Source: Blastocladiella emersonii ATCC 22665 (Eukaryota > Fungi > Blastocladiomycota). From it: a stretch of DNA of 64,000 bases. Below the pieces are notes generated by a model. It made no database searches and had not been told where the DNA came from. It saw only the letters and a program-made list of their open reading frames with translations. Positions 1-12,100 of this stretch are shown here, piece after piece. The stretch covers positions 310,001-374,000 of the forward strand of contig JANHCV010000011.1 in the NCBI GenBank assembly GCA_025594325.1, written 5' to 3'. The stretch's first letter is position 1; each line of letters begins with the position of its first letter. The translations under genes and the position numbers were made by a program.

Positions 1-896
1 GCCGCGACCACACTCTGCCGCTCGCCGCGCGGAGCCGCGCGAGTCCTGCCGTACTAGTGCAGGCCGCCGGGTTTCGGATCATCTCGAGTGGGTGAGTAGT
101 TGTCGTTGCCGCGTCCACCAAGCGCTTGCGCCACGCTGACCGCGCGGGCGACGATCGTTCCAACTCTTCACGTCCAACGGACGCAACGCGCTAGAAAGCG
201 CGACGCGGCCGCCGCGGGCACTGCCGACTGGAACATGGGCTAGATCGTCGCCGTGCAGCTGCCGTGGTGGCAGCATGCGCTGATGCGCAGTAAAATCGAC
301 ACGGCTCTCGTCGCCGCGTCCAAGATCGCTACAGGGATCACGCTGAACACTTGATCCTGCTCTCAGGTCGCCATCTGGTCGCGCGCGTGAAGCTCCTCTC
401 AACGGAGACCATGCGCTATTGTTTCTAGTGCGCGTTGAGCGACCCGAGACGCGCAGCGGCCGATCCACTTCGCGGACATCGCAAGACGACGTCGTTCCGT
501 TTCCTCGCCTTCGCTACTGACCTTCTGTACCACTATCCGTTGCACTAGGTCGGTCGCATTGCCGCGCTCAACCTCAGCATTACCGGTTACTTCACGATAG
601 AGGGTGGTGTGGTCCGCTGCGTCAGGAACCGCCGCGGACCTTTGGGCTCGCGCCTCGATCGCGTCGATTGTTTCGCCACGAGACGAGGAGCAGACTGCTC
701 CCGGTGATACAGAATTGCCGTCGCTATGGGCGGTAAGAGAAACAGCTGTATTGTCCCGAGTATCATGTCTCACGTCTCACGAGGCGACGTCACATGATTG
801 ATCAACGCGTCTCCTTCACCATCAACGAGTTGCGCGACTGATCCACCAGCGGATTTAGAGACAAACGAAAATATATGAGGAACAAAAAACTTTGGA

Positions 897-3800
897 CTAG
901 CCCAGGACCCGGTACACGGCGAGCGAGATGGACTTCATCATGTTGGACGCTGTCCCCGCTGCGTTGCGCAACATCGGGACTTGGTCGCGAGGGACGGAAA
1001 GGCGGACGGCGGGCACCGACGGATTGGGCAGCCCGTAGGTAGCCTTCTTCTCTACAGTAACAGGCACGGACTTGCGTGCGCTCGACTTGTAGGGCTCAAA
1101 GATGGATGCGCTGCCGCCGCCCATGTCGTCAAAGTACCACCACGAGCCGCCGTAGACGAAGGCGCTCGTATAGTGCGCGGTCCGCTCGCTTGGGTGATAG
1201 TACACGACGGCGCAGAGGCGAAGCGCGAGTCTACGTGAGTGGGCGTTCACACGTGAGTTGAGTAGGAGGAGACAGAGAGCAGTTGGCGCGTACCCATTGG
1301 TCGTGATCATGGCGGGGACAGGGTCAGACAGCGGTCCAGTATGGTCGCGCATTGGAGAAACAGCGAGAAAGTGCGGCGCCGACGGGACGATCAGGTTGTC
1401 GCGAATGAAGCGAGGACAGATGCATCTAGACGCAACAAGAGTGAATCAGTCAGTATCACGTCAAGCGATGCAAGCGAGGTGAAGGCGATCAATCGAGGTG
1501 GCGAACTTTTTCATGTCCTTCTTCGCGACCAATTTCTTGTCCTCGAAGGACTCGTGGCGCGATGACGCGCGGCACGGACACGCGTCGCACGGATCGAGGC
1601 AGCTCTTGACCGCCTGCTCGATGTTGGGGGTGTACGGCGTGATGATGGACGCCGAGGAGGAAGGGAAGTCGCGTCTGTTCTTGAACGAGCGCGTCCCAAA
1701 TCGCCTTGAAGTTGTTGGGGTCAGACAGTGCGCGCACGCGCGCTCGTCTTCCGGGTGGTATTCGAGCGCGAGGAGCGGGCGGTGCAGCGTGTTGGTCGCG
1801 CGCGCGCTGTCCAGCTGCGCCATGTCGACCTTGTACATCTCGAAGACGTGATCGGCGACATCGCCGACCCACGAGACAGACACGTCGGTTTTGCTGTGCA
1901 CGTCAAACCCACCCGGCAGGCGTCCGCCCGTCCTATTTGCGAAGACGTGCGCGTACAGGAAGCGGGCGCGGTCGTACTCGCCTGCCCGCAGAAGGCGAAA
2001 CACGTCGCGAATCGTGTCGCGCGGCGCGGGCACCTCGGGGAAGCGCGCCATGTCCCACGACGTGCTTTCAGACGGCGCAAACACGTCCATTACCCGAGTG
2101 TCAACCATGACCCACAGGAGCGCCGTGAAGAGCGCGTCAAACGGGCACGCGTAGAACAGGTCGTAGCTGAAGTTGGGCGAGACGTCGATGGAGCCCGTGT
2201 TGGGCGGGCCGTGTGGGACGTTGACGGGGAGGATGGCGCGCTGAGCAGGCCGCGGCTGCGTCGCGTTGTTTGATGCGCTGCGGGCCCACGCAGCTGCGAT
2301 GCTGGCGGCGAGCGCGGGCATCGTCTTGAGCGTGGCCGCATGCGAGTGCTTGCCGAGCCCTTGGCCAACCTGCACGAGCTGCGGGGCCGGAGCGCCGCGC
2401 TCGATTGGACGCGCACTTGCGGCTGGCGGCGGGCGGACTGCAGCGGCATCGCGACTGCGCGGCGGAACCGCGATCTTCGGCGACACGAGCCGCGACGCGA
2501 ACGGCGACGATGAGGGCGGCTGGAGCGGGGCGGCATCAGCACGCGCGCGCGAGGGTCGCGGCGGCCGCGGCATGCTCGGGGATGGCGCAGGGGGCGACGC
2601 CGGAAGCGGCGTGGGAGGTGACGCGGGAGGTGACGCGGGAGGTGACGCGGGCGCAGCAGCTGGCCGGCGGCGCTTTGGCGCGGCTTGCTCGCTGGTCGAG
2701 GCGTTGACACTACGCGCGCGCTTCGTAGTGTTGGCAGCAGTGGGCCGCCATTCCTGCATCGTCATGACGCGCGCGGGCCGCCCGCGCGATGGCCGAAGGT
2801 CGTCCGCCGCGTCGCGTTGGGGGGCTTCGCCGCTGGCCGCCGCCTCGGCGAGTGCAAACAGTTTCGCGGCGCCCTCGTCGGCTGCTGCGTCGCCAAACAT
2901 CCACGGAACCGAGTCGAGCCCGCCGTCGTCGTCGCGAGTGCCAGGCGCGGCGGCGGCGCTTGAGTCGGACTCAAAGCCAGATCTCTCGCCGTCAACGAGC
3001 ATGCGGTCGTCATCGCCGTTGGACCCGTCGCCCACGCACGACCGGTCGGCGTCAAACCGCTCGTCGAGGTCCATGTCGTTCTCGTCGCAGGTGCTGCTGC
3101 GCGCCTCGCGCGAGGACGACGCCGCGGCGACGCGAGCCGACACGACAGAACCCGTGCCGCTGTCGCCGTCGGTCGAGCGGGACAGAGCGGGTGCAACGGT
3201 TGAGCGTTCGCGGCGCCGGCGGTTGGGTTTGCGCGCAAGCGGGTTGCCCCACTCTAGGTTGTCGAAATCGGCAACCTGCACTGGATCGAGCTCGTCCAGA
3301 TCGGCGAGGAACTCGGTGGTCGCTTGGCGGAGGTCGAGCATCCACGCAGGGAGCGGGATGTCGGCGTCGAGCAGCGAGACGACCTCGGGCACCGACGCCC
3401 GCTTCTTGCTGTGCGACTTGGGCTCGCACTGCCGGCGACCGTGGTTGAACATGAGGTGCGCGGCGATGAGGTGGGCGCACACCTGGTTGTGGTCACGCGA
3501 AGCGCAGCAGGTGCACCGATGCTGCTCGAGGTAGACGTAGTGCTTGCGACCCGACTCCTCAAAACTGACAACGAGGAAGATGGACGGCGACGGATCGCCG
3601 CCCACGCGGGCGAGCTTGCGCACCGTTTCCACGTCGGTGACGCGCGCAACGAGGCCGAACTGCCAAAGATCGAAGCCGTGCGCACGATGGGCGGCCTGGT
3701 CCATGGTGAAGCGCGGGTCGTCATCGCCTCGCTCACGCAGCATCCGCTCGTAGTACGGGAACATGAGCTCCAGGATTCGGTGAAGGAGAAGATCGAGGCG

Positions 3801-5543
3801 GTTGCCTGCGATGTTACTAGATTCGCGCGGCGTGGAGCTGCATTAGTCCCAAGTTGCGCGTGCTGTACGGCGCGGGCAGCGTACTTTAGCACAACACGAT
3901 CAAACGTGCGAAACATGGCCTCGGTGATGTTGTTGGTGTTGCTGAGTGCAGGCGCGATCTCAGTCGAGCCCGTTGCGTCGACGATGTACGCTACACAGGA
4001 GCCACGTGGTCAGTTGCCTTGCACATGTGGTGTGACCCATGCAAACAACGTACGCAGCCACGTCGGCGAGAACCAGTAGCGCTGGAAGTACTCGACCCAG
4101 GACTTGTGCTCGAGGAGAGCGAGCGACGGTTACCGCGAACCAGGTCGATGAGGACATCCACGACACGCTCGCGGAACGCCTTGAGGAACGCGACGAGCGT
4201 TTCCGTCTTGATGTCCGATGAGACGAGGACGGCAACGGGGAGCCCGCGGCTACACAATTTGACAACGGCTGGGTCAGTACAACGCTGTCGCGCGGCGCGT
4301 TGAGAGAGAGGGAGGGCGCGCACCCTTGCGGGTTGAAGATCGTGAGGATCGTCATGGGGATCGAGCCCGAGCTCTTGTGCCGGTGCGAGCTGTCGATTCC
4401 CGTCGGCGCGCCGCGATGGTAGGCGAGCCACCAGAGCGCGGCATTGTCGGTCATGAAGGCGACCGCGAATGGCGCACGGGTGTAGTGGATGACCTTGGCC
4501 GTGTTGTCGGCGACGATCTTGTCCACGACGTCGAGCATGAGCTTGAACTTGTTCGAGTGCGCATGGCTATGGCAGTCGCCGATCTGCTTCTCGCTTGGGC
4601 GGCGGTACTCGGGGATGTTGCGCTCCTTGCAGAAGAACAGGACCTCTACAAGAGGCGGCGGACGGTTCGTTAGACTCGCGACGCGGACAGCGGGGACGCG
4701 TTGGCGGATCGTACCATTGATCAAGGCGCGTCGGGTGAGGCTGAAGTCGAGCTTGCGGCGGTTCATGAACTTCTCGACGAGCGGGGAGATCTTGAGCTGT
4801 TTGAGCGGGATGACGTCGGTGTGGTCGTCGTAGAAGCGGACGAGCGCGGTCTTGAGGTCGCGGGCGTAGATGTAGATGGAGATCGTCACGGGGCATGTAC
4901 GCCGCGGGGCGTTGCCACGCTTGCCGACGGGTAGCGCATGCCACTCGGCGACTGCCTTGGCGTCGTCATCGGAGATCGGGCAGGACGGGCGACTGAGGCA
5001 ACCGTAGCGGGCGCGGTAGACGAGATTGTCGTTGTCGGGCAGGTAGGGGACCGCGAAGGGGATGCACGGGATCGAGATGCGGGGATCTGGGTGCGGGATG
5101 TTGGACGTCTGCGTGATAACGACGTCGGGCGAGAAGTCGGTGCTGTCGAACGTGAAGTCCTGGTGCATGGTGTTGAAGAAGTGCGGGATGTCGGACACGG
5201 GCACGCGGAACGTACGGCTACGAGCGATGCAAGCGGACGTGAGTTTCCCATGGATCGGCCGACACGATGTGCAGGCGTGGTATATCGCTTACGTTGGGTT
5301 GTTAGACTTGGTCGTGTCCCTCAAGGCGACAGCCTTGAACGAGCGGGTCATGTCCTCGCGCTGGGGCGGCCGAGGGGCGACGGCGCTTGCGACAGACCGG
5401 TCCATGTGCGCCTTCATGATGTCGCCGCCCATGAGGAGCATCTGGCCGAGATGATCAGATAGTCGGCCGACGGCCGTGTTGGCGTCGGTAGCGGCGAGGA
5501 GGCGGTCGATCTCGTCAAGGCCGTCGTCTTCATGGCCCGCCAC
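897..5543 (-). mobile_element. Mutator/MULE-like DNA transposase gene with SWIM zinc finger and C-terminal USP-like (papain-fold) peptidase domain; six introns; probably internally deleted
   Basis: Spliced frame rebuilt through GT-AG introns 5218-5292, 4250-4323, 3991-4053, 3817-3884, 1426-1506 and 1231-1293, each restoring frame. MULE-type motifs GIDSSH..MTILTIFNPQGRGLPVAVLVS..ETLVAFLKAF, YFQRYW and TNNITEAMF. SWIM motif YVYLEQHRCTC..QVCAH. Cys box YACPFDALFTAL and His box LCAVVYYH..AHYTSAFVYGGSWWYFDD. No TIR or TSD found. Confidence 0.75.
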
Positions 5544-6086
5544 ATTTTCTCCTCCTCCTCCTCCTCAAAGTCAGACGACACGTCGTCGGCACGGGGTTCG
5601 GGAACACGCGCCGCGGCGATAGAAGGGTCGGGAAACTTGGGCGGGCGACCGCCGCGGTTGGCGGTGGTCCGAACGGCAGCTTGCGTCGCGCGCCTGGCGC
5701 CACCGCCACCGCCGTGAAGGGCGGGAGACGACGAGGGCGGTGCCGTCATCGCAATGTTGGGCAGGGCACGATGCAGGGAGTGGTGCGAGCGTGCGTGTGC
5801 AGTTACGGGTGAGGAGGGCGCAAACTGAGGGAGTTAGAGCGTGCGAAGCGAGTTCCTCGGTGGATCCGCACGAAGCCTCGGCGGGTCCGCACGGGGCCAC
5901 GGCCAGCCCGCCCCGCGTCTCGGCCGATCCGCTCCTTCCCTCGGCGCGTCCGCACGGAGTGTCGGCGGGTGCGGAAAAATCCCCTCGGCAGCTCAGCTTT
6001 TTTAGCCGGCAGGTCCCATAAATCCCTCGGAATAAACTATTTACCGGACGGAAACCGCGTTCGCCACCCGTGTTCGCGGCGGTTCG

Positions 6087-6271
6087 CGCCGCCGGGCGTC
6101 CCGCGAATCGGTGCACCACCGCCTTGCGCGTTAGCCAAGTGCGCACACTGTGTAAGCAGACCCCGCGCCGCGAGCTCCTGCAACTTCCCCGCCGCCGGGC
6201 GTCCCGTGTATTGGTGCACCACCGCCTTGCGCGTTAGCCAAGTGCGCACACCGTGTAAGCAGACCCCGCGC
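6087..6271. repeat. Two-copy direct repeat, ~82-bp unit at 103-bp spacing, upstream of the MULE gene
   Basis: cgccgccgggcgtcccg..ggtgcaccaccgccttgcgcgttagccaagtgcgcacac(t/c)gtgtaagcagaccccgcgc at ~6087 and ~6190. Confidence 0.85.
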
Positions 6272-7292
6272 GGCACGTTGCATCATCCCCTGCCTGTGAG
6301 CCTCGGACGCGTTCCCCGATGTGATGTGTGTGTGGTTGCGACCAGGAGAAGCGGGCGTCGTGCGTGCGCGAGTGTGGGTCGCCCTTCGCGGTCACCTCCA
6401 ATGCTCTTCGATCTGCTCACTCCTCCTCTCGCCCCGCCGTCCGTCGTTTAGAAGTACTCGCAACACTTCGCTCCCCTTGCTCCGTATCTGGCTCGGTTCC
6501 CTTGGAACCTCTCTGGCATCTCCACCATGTATGGCTCCCCGACAACGTAGGGCGACCATGCATCGCCCCTCACACTCACGCACGCTTACCTGCACAGACC
6601 AACTATGCACACCACACAATCTTGCACTATGATGGGCGCACCTGCACCGCCAGCACCTCTCCGCACCACCATGCTCGCCTCGCGTCGCTCTGCGAACAGT
6701 CGCGCCCTCCCCGCGCCGTCTTGCGGGCGACGGCGTTGCAATCGCTGCGCGGCTGGCTGCCTTGCCCCGCTCGCCTCGCATCGTCGCGCGAGTACCAGCA
6801 CTGCGTGCCTGCTCGCCATCGCGCTCCTCGCGGACTCTTGGCCATCTCCCGCAGTGCACGACGTGGCATCACGCCATCATCATCACGCACAATCTGAGCC
6901 CCTACGCTCCGCCTACCTGCCGGTTCGGCGCGGGGTCCCACATCCCGCTCGCCGTCCGATCTCGCGCGACACGAACCACTCCACACGCTCTCCGCCATCC
7001 TACGTGCCGCACGTCCCCAACTCGCTCCTCGCCCTTGTGGAAACCGCGCGTCCCGTGTGACGTCGGTCCTCGCACGGTCCACGGCGCCCTACCGCCCTGT
7101 TGGCCGTGTACACTCGCGCTACCCACACTCGCGTAATCCACGGTGCACCACGCTGTTCGGCCCCGGCCGAGCCGCAGTTCCCCAATTGCACTCGCGCAAG
7201 CTGTGCATTCCGCGCGGCATCCCGCTCGCCGACTCGCTTGCGCGATCCACGTCTTCCCGCGCGACACCTGCTCTCGCGTGAGTTGCGCACAC

Positions 7293-8640
7293 CGCTCGTC
7301 GCCCACTAGCGCGACGCGCGCGTCCCGCTCGTCGCCCACTAGCGCGACGCGCGCGTCCCGCTCGTCGCCCGCTCGTACGACCCGCGACATCCCGCTCGGC
7401 GCCGGCACTTGTGCGAGCTGCGGAACCCGCCTGACGCCCGCACTCGCGCCATCCGCACCACCCGCTCGTCGCCCGCCCGCGCGACCCGCGCGCCCAGCAC
7501 GTCGCCCGCCCGCGCAATCCGCGCGTCCCGCACGTCGCCTGCTCGCGCCATCCGCACCACCCGCTCGTCGCCCGTTCGCGCGATCCGCGCGTCCTGCACG
7601 TCGCGCAGTCCGCGCGTCTCGCTCGTCGCCCACTCGTGCAATCCACGCGTTCCGCTCGTCGCCCGTTCGCGCGATCCGCGCGTCCCGCTCGTCACCTGCA
7701 CCCGCGCGAGCTGTGCGTCCTTCTCGCCGCCTGCGCTCGCGCGATCCGCGACGTCCCGCATGGCACTCGCTACTAGATCGAGCTGTGCATCCCGCTAGCC
7801 GCTGGCGCTCGCGTGATCCGCGACATCCTTCGCGGCCCCTGCGCCCGCGCGATCCGCGTTTTTCCCGCTCGCCACCTGCACTTGCGCGGCCAACGGTACC
7901 CTGTCCTCCGCCTGCGCCCACGCGATCCGCGACATCTTGCACGGTGCCTGCGCTCGCGCGATCCGCAACACCACGCTCGTCGTCTACGCTCGCGCGATCC
8001 GCGGCATCATGATCGCTGTCGGCGCTCGTGCGACCAGTGATACCCCGTTCGCCGCCTGCGCTCGCGCGATCCGTGGCATCCCGTCGCGCACCGGCGCTCG
8101 CGCGATTTGCGGCATCCCGCTCGTCGCACGCGTCGCGCATCCCCCTTGCCGCCCGCGCTCACGCGATCCCGTGACGCTCCACCATGGCGCACACGCCCGC
8201 GCGATCCACGGCATTGCGCTCAGCGCCCACACTCGCGCAATCCGCGGCACCCGCTCGACGCACGCGCTCACGCGATCCGCAGCACCTTCTCGCCGCCTGC
8301 GCTCACGCTGGCCGCGCACCCCGCTCGCTGTGCGCCCTCACGCGAGGCGCGCGCTGACAGCACCCCGTTCGCCATCCGCATTTGCGCTACCCACGGCACC
8401 CCGCTCGCCCGCTTGACTCGCACAATTTGCGGTATCCCGCTCGCACGCTGGACCCGCACGACCCGCAGCATCCCGCTCGTCTTCCAACGTTGCGCAAGTC
8501 GCACATCCTTCTCACCGAAGGCACCTGCGCGATCTGCGGCACCCCGCTTGCTTCGCGCACCCTCCTCGCCGTACGCGCCTGCGCGATTCGCGCATCCCGC
8601 TCACCGTATGCGCTTGCGCGTGCTGCATCATCCCGCCTGC
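7293..8640. repeat. Degenerate ~33-bp GC-rich minisatellite array
   Basis: The first two units, cgctcgtcgcccactagcgcgacgcgcgcgtcc, are exact. The core cgctcgtcgccc..cgcgcgatccgc recurs, increasingly degenerate, to ~8.6 kb. Confidence 0.8.
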
Positions 8641-8820
8641 AGTTCACACTCTGTTGAACTGCAGCGCCTTACCTGCTGGGTGCTGCCTTGTGGTTACCTC
8701 CTGTCACACTCCCTATCCGCTGCTACGCGGCCTGCTGCAGCCCTTCGCGCGCTGCGCGCCGTGCTCGCACCGCTGTGCGCTCCCTACATGCCCCTACGCT
8801 TGCTCCTGCCTCATGGTGGT

Positions 8821-8928
8821 TGGGGGAGCGGCCGCGTCTGTCCCGCCTCTTGCTGTTGGGGGAGTGGCCGCGCCTGTCTTGCTGCTTGCCATTGGGGGAG
8901 TTGCCGCGCCCGTCCCGCTGCCTGCCAT
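8821..8928 (+). repeat. 3 x 36-bp tandem repeat, each unit starting tgggggag
   Basis: tgggggag at 8821, 8857 and 8893; translates as VGGxAAxVxxxA units. Confidence 0.7.
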
Positions 8929-9123
8929 CAACGAGCCTGAGCTGGCCACCATCGCCGACGGGTTCTACGCCAACGCCGCGCTCCTGCCCGACCGGCTCAA
9001 CGCCATCAAGGCGGCTGCGGCAACGACGCGCCACTTGCCGTCGGGGGAGCCGCTGCGCCCGATCCGCTGCCGCTCACTGTTGGGGGAGCCGCCACACCTC
9101 GCCCGTCCGACATCTCCATTGAG

Positions 9124-12100
9124 ATGGGGGGAGGAACCTCGGACTTGGCCCCAGCCCGCGCATCTGGCCCCGCCGCCGGCGATGCACCACCACCACCGCC
9201 GTCGCCATCCACCACTGGCACCTCTTCCTCAACACGGTCTCAATTTCCTTGTTCATTCTCAAAATCCGAAGCCAAGACCGCCACCTCGACAGCCATCCTG
9301 CACCTTCGGTTTGGCCACGCCAGCCGCGACGCGCTGCGCAAGCTCTTTGACCCAATCTACCACCTCTTCTCCGAGCACGAGTTGCACCTCGCCCACAAGA
9401 CGCTTGACAACGACTGTTTCATCTGCAAATCGTCCAAGGAGGTGTTCCAGTCGCTCCCGTCCACGGGCAACACCACCAACGCCTTGCTCGAGCTGCTCCA
9501 GGTGGACTTAAACGTCGTTGATTACACGCCATTGCACATCCACGGCTACCGCTATGTCATGGCTGTGCACAACGACTTCTCCTGGCTCACGTGGCTCGTG
9601 CCGCTCAAGAAGAAGAGTGAGGCTGCCCAGAAGCTCCACCACCTCATCAACTGCATCAAGCGCGACCTGTCGCACAAGGTTGTCCACCTGCGCTGCGACG
9701 GCGGGGGCTCGCTCCGCAGCAACTCGTTTGTGTTGTGGTGCAGCACCATGGGCATCCAGCTCGAGCCGACAGTCCCCGGCCACCACGGCGGCAACGGCTC
9801 GGTTGAGCGCCTGTTCCGCACGCTCAATGAGCGCATCTGCGCCTACCTCCAGCACGTTGACTGCCGCCTCGTGTTCAACCGGACCCCGCGCGCCAGCCTC
9901 AACTGGAAGACGCCATACGAGGTCCTCTACGGCCGCGTGCCTAACCTTGCCAACATCCGCGCGTGGGGCGTCACCGCGCTCGCGCCGCTGCGGCACGGCA
10001 CGCACGTGCGCAAGCTTGACCCATTGGCGCGCCCGTATATCTTCCTTGGCCACGGCGACAACAAGGCCAAGACGCACGTCATGCTCAACCTGCAGACCAA
10101 GCGCATCGTGCGCGTCTGGCTTGCCGTGTTTGACAAACGAGCGCTTGTCAAGCGCGCCATGTCGAGCGTGGAAGCCTTCCACCACCTCTTCAAGGACTAC
10201 AAGACGCAGTACACCAAGGATGACGGGGCTTGTCAACTCCCCGGCAATGACAAGTACTCGCCCTTGCAGGACGGCACCCAGTACAATGAGGGGTTCAACT
10301 CCGAGGAGGAGGTTGACCAGTTCCTGTACAAGATCAATGGGCCAACCACGTCCGGCGGTGCACGCGTACACGCGCCGGGTCCCGCGCCACGTGCAGAGTT
10401 GCCAATCCCCAGTCCCGCGCCGCGCGCAGAGTTGCCAATCCCCGGTCCTGCACCGCGCGCTGAGTCGCTGATCCCTGAGATCGCGCCGCACGGCGACCCG
10501 CCGATCCCTGCACGTTTTGGCGACCTCGTATACAACAAGAAGACGGACTCGTACCGGTACCCGCCCACGTCAACCAGAACGCGCATTGGCCACACTGTTG
10601 CTCGGCCCATGCTCAACCTTGCGCTGCCTGACCCGTTCGCGGCCGTGTTGCTGTTCCACGCCCCACGTAAACAGGCCGCCAACATCGTCGCCACCGCGAC
10701 AGCCCATCTGTCGCAGCTCACCACCGGCGTGTCCCAGTTGGTTGTGTTCACCGTGATTGACGTGCCGTGCAACTACCGCGACGTGTGCAAGTCCAAGAAC
10801 TTCACCAAGTGGTTTGCCGCGCAGAACACGGAGCTCACAGCGCTGATCAACAATGGCACCTGGATCGTGATCAAGAAGGCTGACGTCCCCGCCGGCGAAC
10901 GCATCATTGGCTCGCAGTGGGTCTATGCGTACAAGGCCGCCAAGGACATCTTCAAGGCGCGCCTCGTTGCCCGAGGAGACCAGCAGCGCGTCGGCCTCGA
11001 CGTTGATAACTGCTACTTGCCCACTGTCTTGTACGCGTCGATCCGCACCTTCTTCGCCGTCGCCGCGTTGCGCAGGTGGCGTATCCACTCCATGGACGTC
11101 TCAAACGCGTACGTCCACACCAACTTGCCCAAGCCCGTGTACATGTACCCACCACCGGGCATCGGCGCCGCGCCCAACGACGTGTTCCTCCTCAAGTAGT
11201 TGCTCTACGGTCTCAAGAACGCCGGCCGCAAGTGGTACTTGTTACTCTTGTCCGAGGTTGAGAAGCTCGGGTTCAAGCGCACAACGGCCGACCCGTGCGT
11301 GTTCTTGCGCAAGCTCGACGGCTCCGTGACCAACCTTGTGTGCTACGTCAATGACCTCCTCCTCGGCGGCAACGACGAGCTGCAGGTCGAGCGCGTCAAG
11401 TCCAACCTCGCCAAGGTCTTCACCATCAAGGACCTCGGTCCCGCCGACTCGTTTTTGAACATGGAGGTGGTCCAACACAACGACTACATCTGGATCAGCC
11501 AGTCGCGGTACATCAAGGACCTTGTTGAGCAGTGGGGCCTTGAACCGTCCAACACCCGGGTCCCCATCTCGCAGCTGCCCAAGTTGGGCCTCACCAACTC
11601 CATGATTGCCTCGACCAACTACAACGGCAAGGTCCCAAACGCCGGCAACGACAGTGACACAGAGTACGACGAGTCGCAGGCCGACGCGTCCCGCACGACC
11701 AGCGCCCTCGACGCAGATTGGACCCGCAAGTACCAGTTGGTCCTTGGCGCCCTGCTCCATCTCGCCACCGTGTTGCGGCCCGACATTGCGTTTGCAGTTG
11801 GTGTTGCGGCTTGCCGCGCATTGTGCCCAACGTTTGACGACCGCAAGCTGCTTGCCCAAATCTCGCGCTACATGACCAGCACGCCCGATCTGGGGCTCAA
11901 GTACACACGCGGCGCCTCAATCACCAACTCGCTCCAGTGCTTTGCCGACGCCAATTACGCCGGTGACAAAGCGACGTGCCGCTTGACCTCGGGCCTCGTG
12001 ATCTTGATTGCAGGCGCCCCCGTCACGTGGATCTCCAAGCGCCAGGCATGGGTTGCGCTGTCGACAGTCGAGTCAGAGCTCAACGCCGCCCCCAAGGCGA

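Noticed and set aside
79-800. Short minus-strand ORFs and a possible left TIR of the MULE
   Set aside because: No motifs, and no inverted match to 5550-6300 was found.
7293-8640. CRISPR-like array or repeat-protein gene
   Set aside because: Units are contiguous with no unique spacers, and the context is eukaryotic. Open frames on both strands are expected from stop-poor composition.
8940-9040. Copia protease or gag remnant (LLPDRL..ATTRHL)
   Set aside because: Only a vague resemblance; the catalytic DSG motif is absent.
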